A program made the translations under genes and the position numbers. Shown here one piece after another: positions 8,001 to 18,535 of a DNA stretch of 64,000 bases. The stretch covers positions 2,656,001 to 2,720,000 of the forward strand of contig OZ241863.1 of the NCBI GenBank assembly GCA_965203055.1. Direction: 5' to 3'. The first letter of the stretch is position 1. Each line of letters starts with the position of its first letter. The DNA comes from Spirochaetia bacterium (GTDB lineage: Bacteria > Spirochaetota > Spirochaetia > SZUA-6 > Bin103). The notes beneath the pieces were generated by a model. It was given only the letters and a program-made list of their open reading frames with translations. It made no database searches and had not been told where the DNA came from.

Positions 8001-8870
8001 CTACTGCGCCGCATGGTCGGCCCACAATTCTTCGATGCGGGCCGCCGGCAAGGGGCCGCGGTGAGCAATCAGGCGGTAGCGCAGCCGCAACGCCGCTCCC
8101 GCCGCCAACTCGATGGCGCCGGCAATGGTCGGCGCGGGGTTGATGCCGCGCTGGCCGTCGACCCGCCAGCACGCCGGGTGGCCGGGGTTGGCGGGATGAT
8201 CGCACACCGCGATGCCGGCGCTGACCGGTTCGCCGCCGGTGCGGCTGCCGCCATGCTCCAGCGGCATCCGCAGGTCGATCCAGGTGGCCGGCTGCTGCTC
8301 GGCCTCGGCGTCGCGCCGGCCCGCGGAAGTGACCACCGCGGCGCCCAGGTGAGCGCGGAACGGCATGCGCACGTACAGACCGCCGTACGGATACGGCGCG
8401 AAGGTCACCGCGGGAATCGCCCGCAGGGTCCAGTCCAGATCCAGGAGCAGGAGGCCGCCGGCGGCCGCCAGCGACCACTCCTGGCGCTCGGCCAGCACCT
8501 GGCCGCCGTCGGCCTGCCGCCACAGCGCCTCGAGGATCCAGCGCGGCGGCCCGGCACCGGCCACTACCCGCGGCGCGCCCGGGTCGATCCGGCCCAGAGT
8601 CTGGCCGGGCCGCTGCCCCGGCCAGTGCCAGAAGTCGCTGCCGTTGATCCCCACGAAGCGGGTCTGAATGCCGTGTTGGTGCGGGTGGTGCCAGGGGCTG
8701 TCCTCGGTCAGACAGACGCCGTCGAGGCGCAGCGGATGGATGTAGCACCCCGCTCCGGGGCGCAGGTTATGCTGCAGGATCACGCCGCCCCGGTCGGCGT
8801 CGTCTACGAACAGGCAGTCGTTCCCGGTACGTACCTGCCAGCGGGAAGAATCGTTCATCGCGCCGGTCAT
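8001..8870 (-). CDS. PmoA-like/DUF6807 family protein
   Basis: YIHPL...LTEDSPWHHPHQHG, DFW, YGGL, DHPANP..P..W motifs. Confidence 0.7.
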   Translation of the reverse strand: MTGAMNDSSRWQVRTGNDCLFVDDADRGGVILQHNLRPGAGCYIHPLRLDGVCLTEDSPWHHPHQHGIQTRFVGINGSDFWHWPGQRPGQTLGRIDPGAPRVVAGAGPPRWILEALWRQADGGQVLAERQEWSLAAAGGLLLLDLDWTLRAIPAVTFAPYPYGGLYVRMPFRAHLGAAVVTSAGRRDAEAEQQPATWIDLRMPLEHGGSRTGGEPVSAGIAVCDHPANPGHPACWRVDGQRGINPAPTIAGAIELAAGAALRLRYRLIAHRGPLPAARIEELWADHAAQ

Positions 8871-8976
8871 GGTAGCAGTTTACGAGCGGAGCGTCCGGCG
8901 CCGCCGACTGCGGTTGAATGCCGCAATGCTGGCTGATAGGATCGCCCCTGCCGCTCGTGAAGCGAAGGAAGGAAGG

Positions 8977-9966
8977 TTGCGCGCATACATAATCCGCCGT
9001 CTGCTGCTGATGGTCCCGACCGCGTTTCTGATCAGCGTCATCGTCTTTCTGCTCATGCGTCTGGTCCCCGGCGACACCATCGACGTGATGATCGCGCAGT
9101 TGTCGGAGTCGGCCACGGAGATCGAAATCGACCGGGAGGAGCTGGAACGCAGGTTCGGCCTCGACGCGCCGCTGATCGTCCAGTATGGACGGTTCCTCGG
9201 CATCGCCCCGCAGGTGGACGGCCGCATCAGCGGGGTGCTGCAGGGCGACCTCGGCGCCTCCTGGCGGGAGCGCATGGCGGTGACCGAGCTGCTGTTCAAG
9301 AAGATGCCGGTGACCCTGGAGCTGGGGCTGATGGGCCTGCTGATCGCGCAGCTCATCGCCATTCCGATCGGCGTCTATTCCGCCCTGCGGCAGGATACGT
9401 GGGGAGACTACGTCGGGCGCAGCTTCGCCATCCTGTCGATCTCGGTCCCCGGCTTCTGGCTGGCGACGCTGGTAATCGTCTATCCGTCGATCTGGTGGGG
9501 CTACATGCCCTCCATCTGGCTCATCAAGTTCGCCGACGACCCGCTGGGCAACCTCAAGATGTTCATCGTGCCGGCCATCGTGCTGGCGCTGGCCATGGCC
9601 GGCGGCACCATGCGAATGACCCGCACCATGACCCTGGAGGTGATCCGCAACGACTACATCAGAACGGCGTGGGCGAAGGGGTTGGCCGAAGCCCTGGTGG
9701 TGAGCCGGCATGCTCTCAAGAACGCCTTCATCCCGGTCATCACGATCGTCGGCCTGCAGATCCCGATCCTGATCGGCGGCACGGTGATCATCGAGCAGAT
9801 CTTCATGCTGCCCGGCATGGGGCGCCTCATCGTGGAGTCGCTGCTGGTGCGCGATTACCCGGTGGTGAGCGGCATCATGCTGTTCTTCAGCTTCGGCCTG
9901 ATGCTGATCAACCTGCTGGTGGACCTCACCTACGGCTTCCTGGACCCGAGGATCCGCTCGGCATGA
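8977..9966 (+). CDS. Peptide/nickel ABC transporter permease (DppB-like)
   Basis: YIIRRLL, PGD, DYIRTAWAKGL, HALKNA; TTG start after AAGGAAGG. Confidence 0.9.
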   Translation: MRAYIIRRLLLMVPTAFLISVIVFLLMRLVPGDTIDVMIAQLSESATEIEIDREELERRFGLDAPLIVQYGRFLGIAPQVDGRISGVLQGDLGASWRERMAVTELLFKKMPVTLELGLMGLLIAQLIAIPIGVYSALRQDTWGDYVGRSFAILSISVPGFWLATLVIVYPSIWWGYMPSIWLIKFADDPLGNLKMFIVPAIVLALAMAGGTMRMTRTMTLEVIRNDYIRTAWAKGLAEALVVSRHALKNAFIPVITIVGLQIPILIGGTVIIEQIFMLPGMGRLIVESLLVRDYPVVSGIMLFFSFGLMLINLLVDLTYGFLDPRIRSA

Positions 9967-10937
9967 GCGGGCGCGGGCTGCCGGAGACCGTACGCCGGTC
10001 GGCCGTAGTCACCTTCTTCCGCCGCATCGTCAAGGAGAAACCGCTCGGCGCGGTGGGGGCCGCCATCACCGCTATCCTGCTGCTCGTGGGGCTGTTCGCC
10101 GACGTGCTCGCACCCTACGGGATGAACGAGACCAACATGGAGCGACCGCTCGCCGCCCCCTCCGACAGCAACTGGCTGGGCACCGACGACCTGGGCCGGG
10201 ACGTGCTCACCCGGGTCATCTACGGCGCGCGGGTGTCGGTGATCGTAGGCTTGGCCGGCGCCACCCTGGCCACGCTGATCTCGCTGCTGATCGGCCTCAT
10301 CTCCGGTTACCTGGGCGGCACCTTCGATCTGCTGCTGCAGCGGCTGGTCGATGCCTGGATGTCGCTGCCCGGCCTGATCGTGCTCATGGTGCTCATCTCG
10401 TTCATCGGCGGCGGGATGACGGCCATCATCGTGGTGCTCGGCGTCGAGGGGGGGATCACCGGCTCGCGCATCATCCGCGGCGCCGTGATCAGTACCAAGG
10501 AAGATGCCTACGTGACCGCGGCGTCGGCGATCGGCGGGCGTACCAGCCGGGTGCTGCTGCGCCACATTCTGCCCAACGTTCTGGCGCCGGCGGTAATCCT
10601 GCTCACGCTACGCATTCCGGCGATCATCCTCGCCGAGGCGAGCTTGAGCTTTCTCGGCTTCGGCATCCAGCCGCCGTTTCCCAGTTGGGGCGCCATGCTC
10701 AGCGGGCGCAGCCGCGAGTTCATGTTCGTGGCGCCGTGGACGGTGCTGTGGCCGGGTCTGGCCCTCGCCACCGTGGTGTACGGGACCAACATGTTCGGCG
10801 ACGCGGCGCGCGACATTCTCGACCCCAAGCTGCGCGGCGGCGTGGGCCGCTACGGCGTCAAGGCCGTCCGCAGGATTCTCCGGCCGGCGCAGGCGCCGGC
10901 GCGGCGCGGTTTGACAGGGGCGCGCCGGGACGGGTAG
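9963..10937 (+). CDS. Peptide/nickel ABC transporter permease (DppC-like)
   Basis: LGTDDLGRDVLTRVIYGARVS, RHILPN, AEASLSFLGFG, GDAARDILDP; ATGA overlap with upstream gene. Confidence 0.9.
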   Translation: MSGRGLPETVRRSAVVTFFRRIVKEKPLGAVGAAITAILLLVGLFADVLAPYGMNETNMERPLAAPSDSNWLGTDDLGRDVLTRVIYGARVSVIVGLAGATLATLISLLIGLISGYLGGTFDLLLQRLVDAWMSLPGLIVLMVLISFIGGGMTAIIVVLGVEGGITGSRIIRGAVISTKEDAYVTAASAIGGRTSRVLLRHILPNVLAPAVILLTLRIPAIILAEASLSFLGFGIQPPFPSWGAMLSGRSREFMFVAPWTVLWPGLALATVVYGTNMFGDAARDILDPKLRGGVGRYGVKAVRRILRPAQAPARRGLTGARRDG

Positions 10938-10984
10938 CCTGCGGGCTGGCGGTGAAGTGCCGCCGCATCTCACAGGAGGTATGT

Positions 10985-12700
10985 GTGAACAAGATCTATG
11001 GAATCGCCGCGGCGCTGATCGCCGGGGCGGCGATGATGCTCTCCGCGGCCGGCGAGCAGGACAGCGAGCTGGCGGCGGAGGGGGCCGACGGCCCGCAATA
11101 CGGGGGCACCCTGACTGCGGTCAGCGCCGCCTTCGTAATCGGCCCGGAGAGCCCCGACCCGGCGGACGGCCAGGGCCACTCCACGCTGTTTCTGGCCTTG
11201 ATCCAGGAGCGGCCGCGCATCGGCGACCACGCGCGGTTCGGCCCCAAGGGCAGCAACGACTACCCCTTCACCCTGGTCGGCCCGATGCCTGACAAGTACG
11301 TGCGCGGGCTGCTGCTGGAGAGCTGGGACGTCACCCCCGAGCAGTTTACCTGGCGCCTGCGCGAAGGGATCACGTGGGCCGCGGACAACGTCGACTACAT
11401 GGACAACCGCGAGCTGGTCGCCGAGGACGTGGTCGCCGATCTGAAGTACTACCGCGAGGCTCCCGCCGGGGCGCGCTTCAAGGGAGTGTCCGGCGACATC
11501 TACGCCGCCGACCGGTACACCGTGGTGATCGAGTTCACCGATCTCGACGTCAGCATGATGGACGTGCTCACGCTCGGTTCGACCACCGCCATTTCGCCCC
11601 CGGAAATGGAGGCCGCGGGCATGGACAAGTGGGAGAACCAGGTCGGCACCGGGCCGTTCATGTTCGGTGACTACGAGATCGACTCCCACGTCACCTACGA
11701 GCGCAACCCCAACTACTGGGACCAGACCACCATCGACGGGCAGCAGTATCAGCTTCCGTTCGTGGACCGGGTGATCGTCCCGATCATCGCCGACGAGGCG
11801 TCGATGGTCGCCGCGCTGCGCACCGGCCGCGCCGACATGGCCAGCTCGGTGTTCGCAGTGCACTGGCAGACGCTGGACGAGACGGCGCCCGAGCTGAACT
11901 CGCACCGGTTCCCGATCTCGTTCGGTTCGACGGCCTACCTGAAGACCACCGAACCGCCGTTCGACAACCGCGACGTGCGCCGCGCCATGATGGTGGGCAC
12001 CGACCTGACCGGCTTCCAGAAGCTGCGCCAGGCCGGCGACCTGGAGTTGCCGACCCACTGGTTCCCGGTCGACCCGATCATGCCCTCCTACACGCCGATG
12101 GAGGAGCTGCCGGAAGAGACGCGCATGCTGTACGACTACGACCCGGAGAAGGCGAAGCAGATGCTCGCCGACGCCGGCTACCCGAACGGCTTCACCATCG
12201 ACTACACCACCCTGGGCTGGCCGGAGTTCATGACCGACGGCGCGCTGCTCAAGGATCAGTGGGAGAAGATCGGCGTCACGGTCGATCTGCAGGGCCACGA
12301 GGCCGCGGTATGGAGCGCGCATGCGCGGGAGCGGACCTACACCGGCTCCATCCGCCAGGGACACTGCGGAGGCTGCCCGCTGACCGTGCTGCCGCGCTTC
12401 ACCACCGGGCACACGCGCAACTACGCCGACTGGTCCGACCCCCACTATGACGGGCTGGTGGACCGGCTGGTGCGGGAGCTCGACCCGGACCGGCGCAACG
12501 AGCTGGTCAAGGAAGCCTCCATCTACCTGCTGAACGAGGCGATCGCCATTCCGCAGGCGGTCAAGGTGCAGGGGCGCTTCTGGTGGCCTTGGATCAACAA
12601 CTACTACGGCGATACCTACATCGCGAGCACCAACACCTGGCTGGAAGCGTCGGGGTGGGTGTGGATCGACCAGAACCTGAAGAAGGAGATGGGCTACTAA
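10985..12700 (+). CDS. ABC transporter substrate-binding protein, family 5
   Basis: AGGAGG RBS + GTG; signal peptide; PQYGGTL, VGTGPF, PFDNRDVRRAM, YDPEKAKQMLADAGYPNG. Confidence 0.9.
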   Translation: MNKIYGIAAALIAGAAMMLSAAGEQDSELAAEGADGPQYGGTLTAVSAAFVIGPESPDPADGQGHSTLFLALIQERPRIGDHARFGPKGSNDYPFTLVGPMPDKYVRGLLLESWDVTPEQFTWRLREGITWAADNVDYMDNRELVAEDVVADLKYYREAPAGARFKGVSGDIYAADRYTVVIEFTDLDVSMMDVLTLGSTTAISPPEMEAAGMDKWENQVGTGPFMFGDYEIDSHVTYERNPNYWDQTTIDGQQYQLPFVDRVIVPIIADEASMVAALRTGRADMASSVFAVHWQTLDETAPELNSHRFPISFGSTAYLKTTEPPFDNRDVRRAMMVGTDLTGFQKLRQAGDLELPTHWFPVDPIMPSYTPMEELPEETRMLYDYDPEKAKQMLADAGYPNGFTIDYTTLGWPEFMTDGALLKDQWEKIGVTVDLQGHEAAVWSAHARERTYTGSIRQGHCGGCPLTVLPRFTTGHTRNYADWSDPHYDGLVDRLVRELDPDRRNELVKEASIYLLNEAIAIPQAVKVQGRFWWPWINNYYGDTYIASTNTWLEASGWVWIDQNLKKEMGY

Positions 12701-12717
12701 CCCCAAGCAGTATCATG

Positions 12718-12750
12718 CGGCCACGGGGGCAGCTCCCCCGTGGCCGTTTT
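12718..12750 (+). terminator. Rho-independent terminator/attenuator
   Basis: CGGCCACGGGGG-CAGCT-CCCCCGTGGCCG followed by TTTT. Confidence 0.75.
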
Positions 12751-12786
12751 CTCGGCGCGGTTCACGTCGGTCAAGGAGGTTGAACG

Positions 12787-14133
12787 ATGACAGTCATGGA
12801 AAATTGGAAGTTGCGCGCCGCGGCGGCGCTGGTCGTTGCTGCGGGCGCCCTGCTGGCGGCCCTGCCGGCGGCGGCGGGCGCCGCGGATGAGGCGGCCGCC
12901 GAAGAGCTGCGCATCCCGATGTTGTTCCGGGAGGGCGGCAACGACGCCAACACGGTGATGTACCGCGACTTCATCGACCGGTTCAATGAGCAGTACGACG
13001 GCCGCTACGAGCTGGACATCGAATGGGTTCCCGGCATGGCGGTCGAGATTCGGCAGAAGTTGAAGGCGCTGAACTCGGCCCGCAACCTGCCCGCGGTGGT
13101 CACCAATCTCGGTCCGGAGGCGGCCTTCGCCGAGGCCCTGATGCGCGATGGCCGGCTGATGGACTTGCGGCCCTACTACGACGCCGATTCCGAGTGGCAA
13201 AAGGTGACGTTCCCGGAGAGCGTGGAGTTCAACACCGACGCCGAGGGCAGGATGTTCACCTCCCCCGCCACCGGCGCGCCCTACATCGGCATCTACTACA
13301 ACAAGGAGATGTTCGCCGAGGCCGGCATCGATCACTTTCCGACCACCTGGGATGATTTCTTCGCGGCGTGCGACACGCTCAAGGCGGCCGGCTTCACGCC
13401 GCTGTCGATGCACACCACGGAGACCGGCTGGATCACCAACCTGCTACTCACCACCTACCTGGGCCGCACGCAGGAAGGCCGCGACTTCATGAATATCCGC
13501 TATCCGACCGACGAGTTCACCTCGCAGGCATTCGTCGACGCCGTACGCATGGTCGAACGCCTCTACGAGTACACCACGGCGGACGCGATCGGCGGCACCT
13601 ACGCCCTGGCGGCGAACCACTTCTCGGCCTCCGACACGGCGATGATCGCCAACGGACCGTGGATGATCGCCAGCTTCAGCGACACGCAGTACTCACCCGA
13701 GGGCTTCGAGAACAAGGTGGGCTACGCCCGCTTCCCCAATGACATGATGATCTCCAACCTCGGCCGCGAGTATGGCCGCGGCGTATCGCTAGACCATGAG
13801 CCTGAGGTGCGCGAAGGCGCGGTCGAATGGATCAAGTTCCTTGCCACCCGCGACAACATCGCCAAGCAGGCGGTCTCGCTCGGCCATCTGAGCCATCTCG
13901 TGCCGCTGACCGACGCCGAGAAACAGGATCTCAGCCCTGTCAATCTGGAGTACTTCAACGCGGTCGAGGGAGTCGAGCTGAGCATTCCCTGGTTCCAGGC
14001 GCAGTGGGACCCGATCAACCAGAACGAAACGATCGTCAATCAGCTCCCCGCTCTGCTCTACGGAGAGATTACCGCGCAGGAGTACGCCGCCATGCTCGCC
14101 GCATCGGCCAAGGAGTACCATAAATCGTTGTAG
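12787..14133 (+). CDS. Carbohydrate ABC transporter substrate-binding protein (CUT1)
   Basis: AAGGAGG RBS; signal peptide; IYYNKEMFAEAGI..PTTWDDF, AMIANGPW. Confidence 0.88.
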   Translation: MTVMENWKLRAAAALVVAAGALLAALPAAAGAADEAAAEELRIPMLFREGGNDANTVMYRDFIDRFNEQYDGRYELDIEWVPGMAVEIRQKLKALNSARNLPAVVTNLGPEAAFAEALMRDGRLMDLRPYYDADSEWQKVTFPESVEFNTDAEGRMFTSPATGAPYIGIYYNKEMFAEAGIDHFPTTWDDFFAACDTLKAAGFTPLSMHTTETGWITNLLLTTYLGRTQEGRDFMNIRYPTDEFTSQAFVDAVRMVERLYEYTTADAIGGTYALAANHFSASDTAMIANGPWMIASFSDTQYSPEGFENKVGYARFPNDMMISNLGREYGRGVSLDHEPEVREGAVEWIKFLATRDNIAKQAVSLGHLSHLVPLTDAEKQDLSPVNLEYFNAVEGVELSIPWFQAQWDPINQNETIVNQLPALLYGEITAQEYAAMLAASAKEYHKSL

Positions 14134-14174
14134 CCGTCCGTTCCGCGGTCTGAGCCGCGGCCTCCCAAGCGTCA

Positions 14175-15050
14175 ATGCTCAAACCGGGACGCCTGTGGAT
14201 CGTCCTGTTCCTGCTGCCGGCCCTGGTGATGTTCCTGCTGGTCTACCTGGGGCCACTGGTCACCGCGGTAACGACCAGCTTCACCAAGTGGAACGGGGTG
14301 CAGGAGCCGCGCTTCATCGGCCTCGACAACTACCTCCGACTCATCGCCAGCGACCGGTTCCGGGCGGCGTTCGGCAACAGCGTCAAGTGGGTGCTGGCCG
14401 CGGCGTTGATTCACGTTCCGTTCGGCGTGCTGGTGGCGCTGGTGCTGTTCAAGCGGCCGCGCGGCTGGCGCTTCACCCGCGCCGTGTTCATGATCCCCAA
14501 CGTACTGGGCTGGACCGCGCTCTCCATCCTGTTCATCTTCATCTACCTGCCGGACGCCGGCATCCTCAACGGGCTGATCCAACTGCTGGGGTTCCGCGGC
14601 TTCAACCGCAACTGGCTGTACGATCCGGGCAGCGCCTTCGGCGCGGTGACCCTGATCTGGCTGTTCTTCGCCGCGGTGATCACCCTGATCACGATGTCGG
14701 AACTGATGGCGATTCCCGACTCGCTGGCCGACTCAGCGCGCATCGACGGCGCGAGCCCCCTGCAGATCGACCTCTACGTCAACCTGCCGATCATCTGGCC
14801 GATCGTCGGCACCGGCATCGTCATTGCGGTGAGCGCGGTGCTGAAGGCGTTCGAGATCATCTTCCTCACCACCGGAGGCGGACCGGGCAACCGCACCTTG
14901 AACATCTCGGTGATCATGGTGAACCGCCTGCTCAACAGCCAGGAATACGGCTACGCCAACGCGCTGGCGGTGGTGCTTCTGATCATGGGCATGGCCGCTA
15001 TCCTGCTGGTTCAGTGGCTGTTCCGGCTCGGCCGGAGCTACCGTGAGTAG
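14175..15050 (+). CDS. Carbohydrate ABC transporter permease
   Basis: FIGLDNY, EAA-like loop DSARIDGAS, TGGGPG, GYANA. Confidence 0.9.
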   Translation: MLKPGRLWIVLFLLPALVMFLLVYLGPLVTAVTTSFTKWNGVQEPRFIGLDNYLRLIASDRFRAAFGNSVKWVLAAALIHVPFGVLVALVLFKRPRGWRFTRAVFMIPNVLGWTALSILFIFIYLPDAGILNGLIQLLGFRGFNRNWLYDPGSAFGAVTLIWLFFAAVITLITMSELMAIPDSLADSARIDGASPLQIDLYVNLPIIWPIVGTGIVIAVSAVLKAFEIIFLTTGGGPGNRTLNISVIMVNRLLNSQEYGYANALAVVLLIMGMAAILLVQWLFRLGRSYRE

Positions 15051-15885
15051 CCGGGAACGTATCGCCGCCGGCGCCGCGGCGGCGTTCCGCTACGCGGTGA
15101 TCGGCTTCGTGATCGCCATCTCGGTGCTGCCGCTGGTGTGGGTAGTGATCTCGTCGCTGCAAACCAACAGCGAGATTCTCTCCTCGGCGCTCAACCTGCC
15201 GGCGAACCCGTCGCTCAAGGGCTACGCGACCGCGTTCCGCTTTGCGCGGCTCGACCTCAAGTTCGTCACCTCGCTGATCGTGGCCGCCGCCACCACCGTG
15301 ATCTCGCTGCTGATCTACTCGCTGGCGGCCTACGCCCTGGCGCGGTTCCGCTTCCGCCTGCGCAGCGCGGTGTTCACGCTGCTGATCTCGTCGATCCTGA
15401 TTCCGGTCAACACGATGGTGCAGCCGGTATACGAGCTGGTGCTGCGCCTCGGGCTCTACGACACCAAGGGCGCGCTGATTCTGGTGTATACCGGATTCTC
15501 CATGCCGCTGTGCCTGTTCGTGCTGCGCAGCTACCTGATGCACCTGCCCTACGAGATGGAGGAGTCCGCCTACCTGGAAGGGGCCGGCGTGCCGCGCACC
15601 TTCTGGCGGATCATGCTGCCGCTGGCGCAACCGGCGCTGGTCAGCTCGGCGGTGCTTACCTTCCTCGGATCGTGGAACGAGCTGCTGTACGCGTTGCTGC
15701 TCACCTCCTCCGAACACAACCGCACGCTGCCGCTGGCGATGCGCTACTTCATGCAGCAGTTCACCTTCGACTTCTCGGCGATGTTCGCCGCGCTGGTGAT
15801 CTACGTGGTGCCGTCGATCATCCTCTACGTCGTGCTGCAGGAGCAGATCATGTCCGGCATCGCCGCCGGCGCCATCAACGAGTAA
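15043..15885 (+). CDS. Carbohydrate ABC transporter permease
   Basis: AAYALAR, EESAYLEGAG, FWRIMLPL, WNELL, TLPLA. Confidence 0.9.
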   Translation: MSSRERIAAGAAAAFRYAVIGFVIAISVLPLVWVVISSLQTNSEILSSALNLPANPSLKGYATAFRFARLDLKFVTSLIVAAATTVISLLIYSLAAYALARFRFRLRSAVFTLLISSILIPVNTMVQPVYELVLRLGLYDTKGALILVYTGFSMPLCLFVLRSYLMHLPYEMEESAYLEGAGVPRTFWRIMLPLAQPALVSSAVLTFLGSWNELLYALLLTSSEHNRTLPLAMRYFMQQFTFDFSAMFAALVIYVVPSIILYVVLQEQIMSGIAAGAINE

Positions 15886-15897
15886 CCCGCGCCCCGG

Positions 15898-17058
15898 CTA
15901 CGGCGCGTAGACCGCCTCGCCGGTCTTGTGGGCGTTGATGAAGTCCCAGTCCAGGGGTACGCCGAGACCCGGCTGCTGCGGCACCTCCACGCAGCCGTTG
16001 GCGTCCACCGAGTCGACCTCGTCCATCCATTGGCGGTCGGGGTAGATCGGCGCCTTGGTCTCGCGCACCTTGTGAATGCCGACGCCCAGCTCAAAGTAGT
16101 TGGTGTTGCGGATGGCGGCCATGCAGTGGCGGTGCGCCAGGCCGCCGCCGTGCAACTCGACGTCGAGCCCGCTGGCCTCGGCGAGCGCCGCGATCTTCAT
16201 CACCCCGGTGATGCCGCCGTCCGCCTGGGCGCTGGCGCGCACGTAGTCGGCGGCGCCGGCGTGGATGGTGTCCATCTTCGCCTCCAGCCCGCGCACGTGC
16301 TCGCCCATCAACAGCGGCGTCTTGATCAGTTGGCGCAGCTTGGCATGCGCGAAGCGCGACAGCCCGCCGCCGCGGAAGGCGTCCTCATACCACATGTAGC
16401 GCGCCTCGTCGCAGGCGCGGCCCACGCGCAGCACGTCGTCGAAGGTGCCGAAGCCGCCCGCCGGATCGAGCATCAGGTCGAAGCGGTCGCCGACCGCCGC
16501 GCGCAGCGCCAGCACCGCGGCCACCTCGCGGTGGATCGAGCGGTTCACCCAGCCGTGGATCTTGAATGCCGGGTAGCCGTAGCGCTCCTTGCACAGCAGC
16601 GCGAACTCGGCGTAGTCCTGCGGCGTGGACAGCCCGCCGTTCTCGTCGCCGTGGTAGCTGCTGGCGTAGCACGGCAGCTTCTTGCGCCAGCCGCCGAGGA
16701 GCTGATAGACCGGCACGCCGCAGCGCTGGCCGGCGATGTCCCATAGCGCGATGTCCACCGCCCCCGGCGGCGTGCCGTCCGGCGAACGCCGCGAGCGCTT
16801 CAGGTCGTGCCAGATGATCTCGCGCTGCAGCGGGTCGCGGCCGAGCAGGTAGCGCGCGCTCCTGGCGTCCACCCCGCCGGGCACCTCGCCGCGTATGCCG
16901 GCATCCGTTTCGATGGTCAGAATGCTGCCGCCGGTGCGCAGCCGCGCGCCGGGCGTGTACAGCGTGTCCCAGCCGTAGCGCGGGTCCAGACTCAAGTCGG
17001 CCAGCTCATATTCGTAGTGCGTCACCACGATCCGGGTAATGGTCATTGTCGATGCCAC
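15898..17058 (-). CDS. Mandelate racemase/muconate lactonizing (enolase superfamily) enzyme
   Basis: VDIALWDIAG...PVYQLLGG, FKIH, LMLD, WYED, MGE, GGITG, PGLG. Confidence 0.88.
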   Translation of the reverse strand: MASTMTITRIVVTHYEYELADLSLDPRYGWDTLYTPGARLRTGGSILTIETDAGIRGEVPGGVDARSARYLLGRDPLQREIIWHDLKRSRRSPDGTPPGAVDIALWDIAGQRCGVPVYQLLGGWRKKLPCYASSYHGDENGGLSTPQDYAEFALLCKERYGYPAFKIHGWVNRSIHREVAAVLALRAAVGDRFDLMLDPAGGFGTFDDVLRVGRACDEARYMWYEDAFRGGGLSRFAHAKLRQLIKTPLLMGEHVRGLEAKMDTIHAGAADYVRASAQADGGITGVMKIAALAEASGLDVELHGGGLAHRHCMAAIRNTNYFELGVGIHKVRETKAPIYPDRQWMDEVDSVDANGCVEVPQQPGLGVPLDWDFINAHKTGEAVYAP

Positions 17059-17089
17059 GCGTGCTCCAGTGCGCCGATCATACCGCGAT

Positions 17090-18535
17090 CTACGCGCGTT
17101 CGCCGACGTAGCGACCGGCGCCCTCCGGACGCGGCAGGCCGGCGTGGCGCGCTTGCAGCCGCGCCAGCCGGCCCGCTACCGGCGGCTCCGGGGGGCAACT
17201 GCGGCGGGTCTTCAGGTCCACGTGCAGCAGCAGATGCTCCCCGGTAGCGGCGAGCGCGCCGGCGCCGTTCTCGAGGCGGTGAAACAGATGCAGCTTCCGG
17301 CCCGCGCCGGCCAGGAGCTGAGTGGTCACCCGAATCGATTCGCCGCCGCGCACCTCCTCGAGGTGGCGGAGATGGGTCTCCACCGTGAAGTAGCTGTTGC
17401 CGCCGGCGACGTAGTCGGCGCCGGCGCCGAGCAGTTCCATGGTCCGGTCGCTGGCCTGCGCGAACAGTTCCAGGTAGTGGGCCTCATTCACGTGGCCGTT
17501 GTAGTCGGTCCAGCTCTGCGGGATCTGGCGCGCCGCGGTGACCGGAAGATCGCCGGCGCCGTTCTCCGCCGTCGGCAGGCTGCGCTCATGGGAGGCGATC
17601 GTGCGGCCGGCGCCGTGGTCGTTCTTGCGCAAGGCGCGCATGATGGCCACCAGATTGTCGTCCCGCAGGCGCTCCAACTCCCGTACCCCGCGCCCCCCGG
17701 CCTGGCGGTCGGACTGCTCCGCAATCCGCGCCGCCAACTCCCCGGTCAACTCCGGCACCTCGGTCAGCCGCGACCAGTTCCACTGCAGCGCCGGCCCGAA
17801 TTGCGCGATGAAGTGGGCCATTCCGGCATCGCCGCCGGCAATCCGGTAGGTCTCGAACAGGCCCATCTGCGCCCACCGCAAGCCGAAGCCGAAGCGTATC
17901 GCATCATCGATCTCGCCGGTGGAGGCTACCTGATCGCGAATCAGCCACAGCGCTTCCCGCCACACCGCCTCCAGCAGTCGGTCGGCGACGTGGGCGGCGA
18001 TCTCCTTGCGGATGAGCAGCGGCTGCATGCCGATGCCGCGCAGCAGGGCGACGGCCTGGTCGCGGGTCCGCGCGCAGGTCGCCGCCGAGGCGACCACCTC
18101 GACCAGCGGCAGGAGATATACCGGATTGAACGGATGACACACCAGAATCTGGCCCGGCCGCCGGGCGCCGCGCTGCAGCTCGGACGGGGTGAATCCGGAG
18201 GTGGAGGAAGCCACGATCGCCTGCGCCGGGGCGCGGCGCTGAATCTCGCCCAGGACCTGACGCTTGACCGGCAGCCGTTCGGGCACGCTCTCCTGGATCC
18301 AGGTCGCTTCCGCCACCGCCTCGGCGATGGTGGCGCGGAACGCCAGCGAACCCTCGTTCGGGAGCGCCCGGTCGTACAGCGCGGGCAGGCTGCGGCGGGC
18401 GTTGTCCAGCGCCCGTTGCAAGCGGCCTTCGGCCCCGGCGGCGGGATCGAACACCGCCACGTCCCAGCCGTTGAGCAGAAAGCGCGCCGCCCAGCCGCCG
18501 CCGATCACCCCGCCGCCGATGATGGCGGCGGTCAC
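17090..18535 (-). CDS. lcdH: L-carnitine 3-dehydrogenase fused to C-terminal betainyl-CoA thioesterase
   Basis: GGGVIGGGWAARFLLNGWDV, QESVPERL, HPFNPVYLLPLVE, GLRWAQMGLFETYRIAGG; C-terminal hotdog WTDYNGHVNEAHY. Confidence 0.9.
   Translation of the reverse strand: MTAAIIGGGVIGGGWAARFLLNGWDVAVFDPAAGAEGRLQRALDNARRSLPALYDRALPNEGSLAFRATIAEAVAEATWIQESVPERLPVKRQVLGEIQRRAPAQAIVASSTSGFTPSELQRGARRPGQILVCHPFNPVYLLPLVEVVASAATCARTRDQAVALLRGIGMQPLLIRKEIAAHVADRLLEAVWREALWLIRDQVASTGEIDDAIRFGFGLRWAQMGLFETYRIAGGDAGMAHFIAQFGPALQWNWSRLTEVPELTGELAARIAEQSDRQAGGRGVRELERLRDDNLVAIMRALRKNDHGAGRTIASHERSLPTAENGAGDLPVTAARQIPQSWTDYNGHVNEAHYLELFAQASDRTMELLGAGADYVAGGNSYFTVETHLRHLEEVRGGESIRVTTQLLAGAGRKLHLFHRLENGAGALAATGEHLLLHVDLKTRRSCPPEPPVAGRLARLQARHAGLPRPEGAGRYVGERA

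Noticed and set aside
8001..8870. Methane monooxygenase subunit
   Set aside because: The PmoA family label refers to a soluble DUF6807-type protein; there are no membrane helices and no pmoB/pmoC.
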